A DNA stretch of 64,000 nucleotides from Azolla caroliniana (taxonomy: Eukaryota > Plantae > Polypodiophyta), in contig JBHGNT010000003.1 in assembly GCA_043228905.1 (NCBI GenBank), positions 15,190,001 through 15,254,000 of the forward strand. The letters are read 5' to 3'. The notes below the pieces were generated by a model. It was given only the letters and a program-made list of their open reading frames with translations, did no database searches and was not told where the DNA came from. Below, piece after piece: positions 1 to 12,658 of the stretch; the first letter of the stretch is position 1; each line of letters starts with the position of its first letter. The position numbers were made by a program, and so were the translations under genes.

Positions 1-49
1 AATATTATGTTCTCTAGTAGATTGTTCATGTTTTCTGTTGTTTGTGCAG

Positions 50-2989
50 GAGAATGTTGATGCACTGCTAAAATGTGTGACACAAAATATTGGCTTCAGT
101 CAAGACAAACCAGTTGCAGCTTGTATTATTTACAAATCTCTGGTGCAGTGGCATTCTTTTGAAGCAGAAAGGACTATTGTTTTTGACCGGATCATACAAT
201 CTATTGGCACAGTTATTGAGGTAAAATATTTAAAATATCAAACAAGAGGTTCTTTTCGATCTTGTGGTTCTTTTATACATGATGCCTTTTTTATTTTTCT
301 ATATATGTTTTTCTGGCTTTGTAGAATCAGGAGAACAATGACATTCTAGCATATTGGCTATCCAACGTATCAATGTTACTTTTTCTTCTTCAGCGTACTT
401 TAAAAACTGGTGGTGCAGCCGTAACTCAACTGAGACACAAAACTTCTTCTGTTACTCTTTTTGGAAGGATGGCACAAGTAATAGTTGGATGGTATCTTGT
501 TTTTTAGTTTATTAGAGATTATGTTTTTTAATTAACAATGAGCTTAACTGCAGGGATTTCTTACATCCCCTTCTTTTGGGAATGGAGGAATCATAGGCGG
601 GTTAGACAAGTTATGGCAAGTTGATGCAAAATACCCAGCTTTGTTGTTTAAACAGCAGCTCACTGCATATGTTGAGAAGATCTATGGAATGATTCGTGAC
701 AATTTGAAAAAGGAAATAACCCACTTGCTTGTCCTCTGCATTCAGGTTTGTTAATAGGTTGTATTATTATGATATTATTAAATCTTGCAAAAATCTGTTT
801 ATGTTTTATCATAAAAAATCAGAAGATGTTTCAATTTATCTCACTTTTTTACCATACTTTTGTTTTTTAATTGGATGCACACCAAAGCTCAATGTGGCTT
901 GATTTGTGTTGTGTTAAGCACATGTGTCTTTGACCGTGAGAGATTAGCTTATTTTATGAAGAGCAGAAAGCAGATGATAAGAATTTCGTGAAAATGGAAA
1001 TTTCAAAATGGAGACATTTAGTCAACTTATCAGTATAAGTAACACATTAATATTGGGGCTTGTTTGGACCACATTTATTTTTCAGATGAAGCATTCAGTG
1101 AGCAGAAAAAGCTAGTAAAGATTTCAGCTTTCATGGTATTTTGGTTTGGATGGGGGATATCTACATGGAAACATGGGGAATCATTTGAAATCAACGGCAG
1201 TAATTTTCCTGCTGCTCTTTCACGTTGTATTTTTTTCCAAGAAAGGATATGACAATATTATTAGGAAACGCCCTAAAGCTGTGCATAAAATATGTACATA
1301 TAGGTCATTTCCCCCATGTTAAGTTCTAACTATCGGCTTAAATAAATACTTTGGTGTAGAGTAAAATCACTCCACCTTGTCAAAAATCTGCCTAAAAAGT
1401 ATTCCTTTGTCCCTTATCGCATGAAACTCCAATCATTGTAACTCTGCTTTGTGTGCTCTTGGATAATTTTCAGATGTTCGTGTCATCTTACTTGAAGGAT
1501 TTTATTACAGGCACCCAGAATTTCAAGAGCAAGATCTGTTCATACCAGTAGTAATGCACAGCACATGTCTGGTAGCCATTGGAACAGCATCACTAAAAGC
1601 CTCAATAACTTGCTGATTACAATGCAGGCTAATAATGTATACTTTTAAAACATTTTCACTGTTTTTCTTTTAAAGGGTGTTGGAGACCTATCATTCCGAT
1701 AATGTTCATTTGATTTTTTCCTCAGGTGCCAGCATTTCTTGTCAGGAACGTGATCACTCAGATATTCTCATGTATAAATGTTCAACTTTTTAACAGGTAT
1801 TTGTTATGTGACTCTGGAAGTCTGTATAGTGTTTTTTCTGTACTGGTATCTGGATCTTCTGTTCTTATCTCGAATTTTTTTTTAATGTATATTGCAGTCT
1901 TTTATTGAGGAGGGAATGCTGTTCATTTAGCAATGGAGAGTATCTTAAGGCTGGTTTGGCTCAACTAGAAAACTGGCTCTATGATGCTACTGAGAAGGTA
2001 GCTTTTGGCTGAGTATATCTAGTTTCGTTTACATTTCCTGTCTGTTGAGAATGCTGACTGGAAAACTGAAACCTCGTTTTCCAGTATGCTGGTTCATCTT
2101 GGGAGGAACTGAAACATATCCGCCAGGCTGTAGGCTTTCTGGTAAGTGGATAAACTACTTAAATGTAACGTTTGATGAAGGTGAGTTCTAAACTACATAA
2201 ATGTGCATTCTTTTCTATAACTTATTATCCTTCAATATTTGTGACAGGTCATACATCAAAAACCAAAGAAATCACTCATTGAGATAACACAAGACTTGTG
2301 TCCTGTAAGAGAGATTTGTTATAGTTCTAACCACAAAATACATTGAATTTTAATCTGTTGAATATTTTACTATGTTCTTTTGGTTATAGGTCTTGAGTAT
2401 CCAGCAACTTTATCGAATCAGCACAATGTATTGGGATGACAAATATGGAACCCAGAGCCTCTCTCCTGAGGTGAGAATGTTTGTAATAATAGCCTACAAA
2501 GGCCCATTATGCATTCAAGGATATATATCCAACGACAGTAATGTTTGATGCATCATCCAGCTATACAACATTGAATTTGCCATTTAAACTAAAGCTCACA
2601 CTGATTATTTCGTCTACTTTTTTAAGTGTTAAACCTAACATGTACTTTTCTTGCGAAAGATTATTGGCAACATGAGAGTCTTGATGACTGAAGACTCTAA
2701 CCATTCAATGAGAACCTCATTCCTGCTTGATGATGACTTGAGGTGTGTTTAATGCATAGTATGCTACACAATTTATATAAAATTATTTCCCTTCTCCATG
2801 TATAGACATTCTGTATTAACTGTAGATGTTTATTGATTATTCTCGTCTATCGTTTTCCATTGTAGCATTCCATTTTCTGTTGATGATATATCGAATTCAA
2901 TTGAGGATATCGACTTGGATGATGTTGAGCCTCCAACAGAATTGAAAGAAAATCCTGGTTTCTTATTTTTGAGCTCCCAAGGAACATGA
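50..2989 (+). CDS. Myosin XI, 3' part (globular tail / DIL cargo-binding domain), 11 exons; 5' part lies outside the window
   Basis: GT-AG exons 50-220, 325-477, 554-745, 1511-1636, 1726-1796, 1898-1997, 2085-2141, 2248-2304, 2390-2470, 2660-2742 and 2866-2989 splice in frame. They give plant myosin XI motifs [101 protein letters not shown] and [15 protein letters not shown]. Stop TGA at 2987-2989. Confidence 0.96.
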
Positions 2990-3288
2990 ACAAAAATAAT
3001 GTGATTATCAAGATTGAGAGTGGGAAGTGTCCACGACTCCCTTCCCATGCGACATTTGTACAATATCAATTCATGTACATCTCTTTCTCTCCAACCATTT
3101 TTGCATTCTTTTTATTTCTTAATATCTATCTAGTGTCTCTTATATTTTTCCATTTTGTTTGCAGATTTATTTATCAGACAAAAGAAGACATCGGCTCAAC
3201 ACCATGTTATAATTTTTTATTTTTTTGCCAATTCAGGACACCATTTTGTCCTGAGGATGGGTTCTTCATTGTTTTATGATATAGCTCA

Positions 3289-3732
3289 TTCGTTTGATTC
3301 TAACAGCTTGTATTTTTTCTCCCTAAGTAAAATAAACAGTAATTTTACTGAGAGCGAGTTGTGGCTAGTGTGGAACTGTACCAAAAACCATATATCCCAC
3401 TTATCGTAGTAGTTTGCTGAGTGATGTGTAAACTAACTTGACAAATCAAATGGGATGGTAGTATGAAAGTAATTTATAGGGTTCTTTTTTTTTACACGAT
3501 GTGGATTTGGTTCGTTTGATTCTAACAGCTTGTATTTTTTCTCCCTAAGTAAAATAAACAGTAATTTTACTGAGAGCAAGTTGTGGCTAGTGTGGAACTG
3601 TACCAACAACCATATATCCCACTTATCGTAATAGTTTGCTAAGTGATGTGTAAACTAACTTGACAAATCAAATGGGATGGTAGTATGAAAGTAATTTATA
3701 GGGTTCTTTTTTTTTACACGATGTGGATTTGG
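3289..3732. repeat. Tandem duplication, 2 x 222 bp, downstream of the myosin stop
   Basis: 3289-3510 and 3511-3732 are near-identical (ttcgtttgattctaacagc...gatgtggatttgg) with only a few substitutions. Confidence 0.95.
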
Positions 3733-4004
3733 GGGTCATGAATATATCCATGATATACTTTCGAAATACATTTGAATCAAGCCTCTTGTTGGTAGAAGAA
3801 AGTAATTAAGTGAATGCAAAAGGCTTGACATCTACACATGAATATGAATGGTTGGAAAGTAGCTGCCGCATTGTTGTGAGAGCAAATAGATTATGTATTG
3901 GTTACAAATACTCATATTTATGTATTGGTTGAGTGATAATAAATGACCACGCCATCAATTGATGGTACGCAACCCATGTTACTAAAGCTAAAATCAGGAT
4001 GACT

Positions 4005-4337
4005 TTATGGAAATGTAACGACACACTTTGGACACACCTTGGTCATCTAGAGGAGATTTAAAAGATATTTGATATACTTTTCCTAGTAGAAACACACCAA
4101 AGCCCAAATAGAGAACTCCTACGAGTTGGAAATTTCGTTGGGAATCCTTATTTAGACGAACTTCACGTCAACACACTACCAAAGGATCTAAAGGTGTTGG
4201 TTGCAATATTGTTTTAGAGAGAGTTACATAATAGGATAGAATTACAAAGAATAACCTCAGAAACCCGTTTTATGTGGATGAAAGTCCTCACTACCAAGGA
4301 CTAGGCAGTATTTATTGTCATTTGTCACTTCCCCCTT
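4005..4337 (+). pseudogene. Decayed LINE ORF2 apurinic-endonuclease (EEP) fragment
   Basis: Frameshifted translation DILFLVETHQSP...RWES...GSKGV..AILF...RFMWMKV...VICHFP resembles the N-terminus of a LINE endonuclease. It is cut at 4338 by an LTR. Confidence 0.6.
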
Positions 4338-4525
4338 GTGAAAGTTAGCGTGCGGAAGCATATGCCAAACCGGCTCTGCCAGATAGTAACAGTAAAGAGA
4401 AGAAGGTTTTATGGAAGCTTAACACATAGAATAAGCATACACAGGAGAGAGGGAGAGAATAGAACATAAACACAACTCAATTCAAAATAATACTCTCAAT
4501 ATTTTGTACATAGAATGTACTTGAG
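4338..4525 (-). mobile_element. Partial Copia LTR (U5 end), same family as the LTR at 22323-22786
   Basis: tgtgaaagttagcgtgcggaagca...aaaccggctc is the reverse complement of the 3' end of the LTR at ~22740-22786. Confidence 0.75.
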
Positions 4526-4658
4526 GTCGGATCGTGGTGTCAGTGTCTGCAGTAGCCGGTCCTTTCCTCCGGCTCCTTCGGACATCCTCTCTCTTTGCTC
4601 GCGCTCCTCGTCCGGTCCGGTTCTACTTCCCACGACCCGTCCGGTTCTGTGCACCTCG

Positions 4659-4981
4659 TCCTCCTTGGTCGGCTTGTCTGCTCAATAGGCCCATCTTAGC
4701 TCCTTCGCTGCTACGACTTCGTCGCTTGTCGACCCATCGGTTCCTCCGTGTCGGTGTCGACTTCTGCTGCCTTCTCCTCTGCTTGGTCTAATCGGTCTAG
4801 GCAGACCTGAATGAGTACGGTCCTCCTTGGTCGGCTTGTCTGCTCAATAGGCCCATCTTAGCTCCTTCGCTGCTACGACTTCGTCGCTTGTCGACCCATC
4901 GGTTCCTCCGTGTCGGTGTCGACTTCCGCTGCCTTCTCATCTGCTTGGTCTACTCGGTCCAGGCAGGTCTGAATGAGTACG
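4659..4981. repeat. Tandem duplication, 2 x ~161 bp, running into a Copia gag remnant (~4970-5086)
   Basis: tcctccttggtcggcttgtctgctcaatagg...ctgaatgagtacg occurs twice. The following frame reads LNEYESLSSQI...DELKAMILMSSLPPSWETFV (Copia gag-like). Confidence 0.8.
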
Positions 4982-5086
4982 AAAGTCTAAGCTCCCAGAT
5001 CTTGGTCGAGGGGATGACGATAGAGGATGAACTAAAAGCTATGATTTTAATGAGTAGTCTTCCCCCTTCATGGGAAACTTTCGTTA

Positions 5087-7565
5087 TGTTGAGCGAGCAA
5101 GCTCAACCGGATCTGGATCGGCTGAATAAGCCTGAGCCGGATCGGTGTCCGGATGGTATCCGGAACCAGGAACCGGATCTAAGAGCCGGATCACATTGTA
5201 ACCGGTATGCCGTTAGACGCCTATGAATCTAGCCTAATACATAGGCAAATTTTTGTGAGTCACTATCAGTCGCTTGTATGAGCATTGAAGACCTGTCAGT
5301 CCTTAAATGGACTTGTATAAAAGTGCTCTCTGAGCACATTCTATGTACAGAGTGCTATTATTTTGAATAGAGTTTATCTTTTGCTCTCTCTGTCTCTCCC
5401 TTGCATATTGTGTAATCTCAAGATTCCATTAAACCTGTGTCTGTGTTCTGCTGCTATCCGGCAAAGGTGGTTTGTTTTAGCTTCTGCAAGCATATTCTTT
5501 CACATGGTATCATAGTGTGAGGGTTGAGAACCTTTGCAGCTGACAAGCGTTTTCTTAAGACAAACCCTAACACCCAGTAAAGAACAAACAAAGAAAGGTA
5601 TGGACAGAAGCATGGCGAGTTCGCTTCCGACAGAAAAGCTCGATCGGAGCAACTATGCGTCCTGGTCGTACAAAATACACTAGTACCTACTAGGGCATGG
5701 TTACTGGAGCTATGTGGAAGGAACAAATGAGATAGCGCCGGAGCCGGCACACAAGGACTTCCCAGCATGGGAACAAGGGGCGAGTAGAGTGCTTTACTAC
5801 CTTGTGTCCTGTGTGCATGACCAGATGCTCGGCTACATCAAAGAAGCAAAAGACACCGAAGGAGGCCTAGGAAAATCTCCAGAAGTTTTTCGCCACTAGT
5901 ACCACGGCACGGAAGTTGTAGCTCCGGCATGAGCTCAAAAATATCCAACAGAGGGAGATGTGTTGAGAAATCGTTTCGGAATTTAAATCACAATGAATAG
6001 AGAATGCTGAAATACGAATCACACAAAACAACAAGATAGACAACTATGCACAGAGATTTACGTGGAAACCCTAAAACGGGAGAAAACCACAAGAATAGAT
6101 CTTCACTATGGATTGTGGATATACAACACTGAGAGGGTTACAAGACTCTGTCGAGTGTATCAGCCACGCAGGGCTCTCCGCGTCTGCTGTTACTCACACA
6201 GCTATGGTGTGGTGCACACTTCTATCTAACACTCACACTCACAATTATGTTCTCTTCTATTCTACATCTTAAAGTTTGCCCTAGTTGCATATATACTTAC
6301 ACAACATTCTGGCTATTTACATACCTAGCCCTCATGGGGCGCACATTGAGACTATTTACAAGTATAGTCTCCTGAGTTGGCTATATACACGATTCTGGTT
6401 TTTCGACAGTCGGCTTTCCGAACAGTCGGCTCTTCCTCCCATTGGAGGGACATATTCCCAACAATATGTCTGTGACTGACTACACCACCAAAATAAAGGA
6501 GATTTGGGATGCGCTCGGGTCCATCAATGTGACGGTGGACGAATATGAGATGGGCCAAATCTGCCTCGGTGGTCTATCACAACGGTACGGGCCAATCCGG
6601 ATGACAATTTGCACCCGGGAGAAGCTACCTTCCTTTTCTGACCTACAATCAATGATGATGGTCGAAGAAATCTACGCGAGTGGGTCAGGGACCACTCAAA
6701 CGGACAGTCGGGTGATGTACATGAAGACAGACCGGCCCCGTGGGCATGGAGGTTGAGGTGGGTCGGTATGCAATGGAGGCAGCCGACAAGAGCAGAATAG
6801 GGGGAGTCAAGTTGGTGTTGAAGGATGGCAATCAAAAACCGACACGGAATGCTGGTAATGTGGCAAGAAAGGCCATAGAGAGAGCGAGTGTTGGAAGAAG
6901 AACACTGATTTGAATAAATCTTGATCGGGCAAGGCCAGCTAGGGAAACCAGCAAAGCTCGCATTACGTAGAAGGATCAGAAGGATCCAGAACAGGGAAGA
7001 CCGGTAAAGGGCCAACTTTCGTGATGAAGCACGAGGTGAATTCAATGAAGAAGACCACTTCCAGATCAGAGGAAGTGTGGTATGTTGATTCCGGAGCTTC
7101 CAATCATATGAAGAGCCACGAAGAGTGGTTCTCGTTCTTGGAAAAATCGGAACAACCGGGAGTTTTCGAGACTAGAGGCAACACTCCTCACCCGATTGAG
7201 CATGTCGGTGAAGTTCCCCTCAGTCATATCGAACAGAGAGGAAGCTCATGAACGTGTTGCACGTCCCAACAATCACAAAGAACCTGGTGTCGGTCGGGCA
7301 GATCGTCCACCAGGGGATGTAGGTGCCGTTCACGCACCTCGAGTGCTTCATCGAAGAAGAAGGCCAGATAATCGCGCAAGGGCGCCGGAACGAGAGGATG
7401 TTCATCCTCAACACCAAAGGCGTCGGTTCCGCTATGTTCGAAAAAGGTCAGAAGATTGAATCGGATATTGATCTGTGGCACAAGCGGATCGACCATGTCA
7501 ATTATGAGAGGCTTCAAGACCTACAATCAAAACAGGTTGTTTTAGGATTGCCAAAATTCAGAAGT
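5087..7565 (+). mobile_element. Ty1/Copia 5' half (LTR-PBS-gag-PR-start of INT), decayed and truncated
   Basis: LTR 5087-5504 (TG...CA) and PBS TGGTATCATAG at 5505 (initiator Met type). Gag starts MASSLPTEKLDRSNYASWSYK, followed by a zinc knuckle CGKKGHRESEC, protease WYVDSGASNHM and LWHKR motif; several stops. Confidence 0.92.
5961..6463 (-). mobile_element. Solo LTR inserted in the Copia gag
   Basis: TGTTG...CAACA termini with TSD agatg/atatg; the gag frame resumes after it. It shares a gattWacgtggaaa...gggaRaaaccac motif with the LTRs at 34890. Confidence 0.85.
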
Positions 7566-7867
7566 TACATCTATTGTTAGACTTGAAAATGTTTTAAGTA
7601 TAAGAGGTAACATTGTAATCCTTAATGCCATCATCTATAAATTTAGTGCTCATTAACATCCATAAATTCACAACTCAAGAAATGTATACAATATTCATAA
7701 ACAATTTTGATAAATCCATAACTCCTAAAATGTAGATAATATTCATAAACTGTCAAAATTGCCAAACTTAGATGTAAACATTAATATATCAATTTGAACA
7801 TATCACATACTTATCAAGGTATCCTCTTCTTCATTTTGAGACCTCCCCTACAAAATTTGTGAAGTAA

Positions 7868-9345
7868 ATGGCATTTGCAAGGTTCAATTACCATCAACAC
7901 AATTATTAATGGTTTTTTGTTGATCAAGGAAGTGCATGTTCACCATAAGGTATCTTGTTGTGCAACATACTTCTTTACAACATCGATATATGCATCTTTT
8001 ACTCTTGTCAAAACAGAGATTTTAGTACAATTCGAGTTCATGTAAACCCTAAACCTCTTTTATTTGAAAAACAAGAAGATTTCTAAACATAAACTCCATA
8101 TATTGTATTGAGTTGATGTAAAAAACAGAGTTTTCATCACAATTCCATACAACGTATCAAATTCATGTTCAAAGTTTTTTTTCCCGAATTTAAAAAAAGA
8201 AAAAAAAGAAAAAATCGAACTTGACTTGATGAAAAAACTAAAATTTTCACCACAATTCAGTACAATGTACCTAGTTCATGTTTAAAGTAATTTTTTTAAT
8301 TTTTTTTCAAATTGTTTTAATTTTTATTTTAATTTATTAATTTATTTTTAAGATTTTTTTCCCATTTTTTTTTTGGGATTTTTTTTTTAATATGAATTCG
8401 ATACGTTGTATTGACTTGTGATGAAAACTCTAGTTTTTTCATCACTTCAACTTTAAAAAAACAAAAACCAAAAGGACCCAAAATAAATACAAAAAAACCA
8501 AAATTGTTTTTTTAAAACCCCCAAAAAAGAACCTTAAACATGAACTCATACATTGTATCGAATTCATGTGAAATAATCAGCTTTTTGACACGAACTCGAT
8601 ACAATGTATCGAGTTGGTCTTGAAAACTCTGTTTTTCAATACGTGAAAAGTTGACTTTTCAACATGAATTCGATATAATGTATGGAGTTCGTGTTGAAAA
8701 TTCAGATTTTCAACACGTATTGAGTTCTTGTTTAGAAACAGAGTTTTCAACGCGAACTCGATACAATGTATCGAGTTCATGTTTAACGTTTTTTTTATTT
8801 TTTATTTTTTTCTATCTATTTTGGGTCTTTTTGTTTTTTTAAATTTTTTTCTTTGAAGTGATGAAAAAACTAGAGTTTTCATCACAAGTCAATATAATGT
8901 ATCGAATTCCTGTTTAAAGTTTTTTTTTCCAAAAAACAAATTATAAATAAATAAATAAAATATCAAAACATTTTGAAAAAAAATCGAGAAAATTTGAAAA
9001 ATTTACTTTAAACATGAACTCTATACGTTGTATTGAATTGTGGTGAAAAAACTGTTTTTTTCATCAACTCAAGCTCAAATTTTTTATTTTTTTAAATCCA
9101 AGAAAAAAACTTTGAATATGAATTTGATACATTGTATGTAATTGTGATCAAAACTCTAGTTTTTACATCAACTCGACATAATGTATGGAGTTCATGTTTA
9201 GAAATCATCTTTTTATTCAAATAAAAGAGGTTTAGGGTTTACATGAACTCTAATTGTACTAAAATCTCTGTTTTTACAAGAGAAAAAGATGCATATCGAT
9301 ACTTCAAAGAACATGTGCTGGTAATTGAACCTTGTAAATGCCATA
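7868..9345. repeat. ~1.45 kb AT-rich foldback (long inverted repeat) with palindromic ~30 bp subrepeats; likely non-autonomous DNA transposon
   Basis: ~7980-8560 is the reverse complement of ~8760-9300 (e.g. aaacagagattttagtacaatt...aaaccctaaacctcttttattt vs aaataaaagaggtttagggttt...aattgtactaaaatctctgttt). Outer match is 7868-7900 vs ~9315-9345. The recurrent unit is catgaactcgatacaatgtatcgagttcatg. Confidence 0.85.
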
Positions 9346-9838
9346 AATATTCTCGTGGTTCTTAATCACCACTTCAAGCACTTAATGTTGATTTTCATAG
9401 TTTGGTTCATCTACAACAGAGAAACATATATGTGGAACTAAGGGTGACAACACGAGCATAACTCAGGTGACAAGGAAACTTGCAAGAACTCAAGGTGGGG
9501 ATATTAATAGCTACACATGTAGATGGCCATCACTTAGGGCACCAATTCTGCACTGGTAAAGTTTTGGACGTGGTGATGCATTGAACTTTGGTAATACATC
9601 TATCATTGACATTAGTGAGGTGAATATCATTGTGTATGACTTTACACTGACAAAAGTTGGATGTTTAAGGACGACAACGATAGACATAATAAGAAAGATA
9701 TTACCAAGACTAGAAGATATCTCAGATTGAAGGCGACCAAGATTTAGTGCACACAATTTGGAGACACCATTTAGTGAATACAATGATTTGATTGGTATAT
9801 TTGAAAATGAGGAGGAAGAGTCATAGCTCCAAGCACCT

Positions 9839-11411
9839 GTGACCCCGGTAGATGTACAAAATAAAGAAGCATCGACACCTGTACATAGCAATAAGACCCT
9901 GAAGACGGAAACAGTCCCAGAGATAGTGGCGACGCAAGCAAAAGAGCTTGTTGAATTAAGAGATGAACTGGCCGCACAGGAAGCATTACACACCCGAGAG
10001 CGGGACTTGAAGAAAGCGGCAGAAGAAGAGCAACGAAAGACTACTAAGAACCTCCGCCGGGCAGAAGAGAATCTGCGGAAAGGACATCAGGCCTACGACC
10101 GGCTGAAGGAGGAGAAAGAGAAGGCGCTGCAAGAAAAGGAGAAGCTGCGACGGATGGCGGAAACAGAGATTGAAAGGCTGAAAGAAGAACTCTGTCAGCA
10201 AAAGGACCGGGAAGACCGCGCTCGACGGCAACTCAACCAAAAGCTGAAGTAGAACACCGATGATTTTGAGCACCTGCACCGGGACTACAAGCACCTGGAT
10301 ACGGGGCATAAGAAACAATAGGAGGTGGATACGGTGGCACTCATCAAGCAGTTGAAGGACGAACGACAAGCCGCGGAGGACAAATCAAAGATGGGATTGG
10401 AGCGGATCCAGTTCATTGTCCAGGCATGGAGGTACAAGACCAAACGCTTGATTGACGAAAGCTCCGCGCAATGGTGAGACAAATGGGCAAAGCACACAAC
10501 TGAGCTCTAGTTGCTATGGGTGGACACGGAAAACCGGTAGAAGGATGGCGACGACTGCTACATGCTAACGAAGGAGGACTTCACCGCCGTAAGAGATGAG
10601 TTAGCCGAAGATTTTGTAACTCTAGCGGAGGAGCAGGCAGCAGTGGTCTGGCAACTTGTAGCCCAGCTAGAAGATGATCGACTGGATGCTCAAATCCAGT
10701 TTGAGAGCTATGAGCGGATCAGGCTACAGAGAGAAGAAGCAAAGCAGGTGGCGACCGTCAACCTCAGCAATGAGGAGCCATCACCGGAGCAAGGACCGGA
10801 TGGAGACAAGGCCGGGGCGAGTCAACCGGAGTCAGATCCGGCGGAGCAGCTAACGAAGGAGTCACTGCCATAACCGCCAGTACCGGGAGCCGAACAAACG
10901 CCCTCTCAGGCGCAACAGTCGGAGGAGCTGCAGCCACCGTAGCAACAACAACAACAGAGTTCCAAACAACCATTGGATACCCTGGAACAGAGTATTCTGG
11001 ATATCTTGGACGAAGGCTAAGGGCCGGATAGTGGGATTTGACGTACTAGGTACTGTCCCACAGGCGTGCCATGTGTTACCCGGCCGACAAAGGAGCGGAG
11101 ACCAGAATGTGAAAGGGATGGTTATTCGGAATATGTTTTAATTAAGTAAATTAGATTATAATTATGTAGCGAATGGACGGACCGGAATTGGCACCGTTTT
11201 TGTAAGCAGCACCGGTGACCTATATAAAGGCCCGGTTACAATGTATAACTTTAACGGAGAATTAATATAAGCGTCTGGTTTTATCTTCATGTATTGATTA
11301 CTGTTCTATCTTAATTGTTATATCTTACGCGTGTATTAAGTGAATGCCTTATTGCTAAGTAGCCAATTAAGTCGGATTAATCGTTGTATCTTAAGTTATC
11401 TCGCCGTAACA
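9839..11411 (+). mobile_element. Gypsy 3' fragment: coiled-coil accessory ORF remnant plus LTR (11074-~11411)
   Basis: The ORF ends LEQSILDILDEG* and is homologous to the 3' ORF at 29103-30691. The LTR begins TGTTAC at 11074 and is similar to the minus-strand LTR at 61462-61856; its right boundary is uncertain. Confidence 0.8.
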
Positions 11412-11419
11412 CCCCTCAA

Positions 11420-12658
11420 TGTGCGCGTACTTCTTCAAACAAATTAGGAGAGATTTATGGCGCAATTACAAGCGGCGCTAGACAAAGGTGGACTGGGAGA
11501 ATAGAAGGAAAGACGGTCGTGGTTTCTACAAACTCAATGAGGAAAGCATTGCGGTAGTACGCGAGGACCTAGCGCAGGATTATCGCATGCTAGCAGACCA
11601 ACACTCCGAGGAACTCGCGCAACTACTGGACGATTTCAACGAAAGTCAGGAGGATATGATTCACCAAATCATGCAAGCCGGCAGCACACGACCAAGCGCG
11701 AAACCCATTGCGATACCAGTAAGTGATACTGCCGAACAAGAGGAACCTCAACCCACGTCACCGGAAATAATAACTACGGTAGGCAGCATGGGGCAACGAG
11801 CGGAGCCCATTGCGATACCGAAAAGTGAAACTGCCGAATAGGAGGAACCTCAACCCCATCCATTGGAGCAGACGAGTACGGACGGCAACACGGAGGAAGT
11901 TACGGACAGGACAGAGCCTCAACCTACTGAGAGCCCACAGACAGATGAGCCAACCGCAGTAGAACAGGATGAGCCAACAGAGCCCGGACCACCACACAGG
12001 GAGACATTGACACCATGAAAAGCCCCACCGAGCAAGTACAAGACATGGAACCGCGCAACGACGCGCCTACGGACACTACGCCATCCTCGGACCAGGACAT
12101 CGGGGCGGAACCAAACATCCGGTCCATTTTGGAGGAAGAATAAAGGGGTGGGTCCAACGTGCCATGACACTGTCCCACAGGCGTGGCTGGTGTTGTCCGC
12201 CGGAATAGTAACCAACGGACAGAAGTGTAGAAATATTAGAATATAGTAAAAGCGTAAGAAACACATGTAACGGTTCACGTGGGAAGCGTGAACGGCTAAA
12301 AGACCCTGTGTATATAAAGGGCAGAAATCCTCTGTAAGAGCTAGCGTGTAATTTTGGTGTAGAGAGCGTTAGTCTAATAGAATACTATCTTCTCTGATTT
12401 CTATGCATATCGGTGGTTTTATCTATTGTGTTCTTTATTCTCTATGGCAGACTGTAATCGTAAAGGTGTAGGCGTAAGTGCGGATACTACAGGCACTTAC
12501 TAAGGAGTTCGGTTGTAGCTGTCTCCCTTATATGCTACTAGGATATTGGGATGTATCCCGTTACGTATTATGGTACGACGGTACCATTCCTTGCAACACA
12601 GTCACCTTGAGGTCTAGGTCGAAGGACTGACCGTAGACAATGTTCCTAATCAGTAACA
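11420..12658 (+). mobile_element. Gypsy 3' fragment (accessory ORF end plus 3' LTR 12191-12658), same family as 24961-31154
   Basis: DWENRRKDGRGFYKLNEESI matches the ORF near 30100. The LTR tgttgtccgccgg...cctaatcagtaaca matches 30739-31154. Confidence 0.9.

Noticed and set aside
38-349. Stand-alone 103 aa ORF
   Set aside because: It is a myosin exon read through into the flanking introns.
8044-8055. Telomere-like aaaccctaaa (and its inverse at ~9231)
   Set aside because: Single units inside the foldback arms, not an array.
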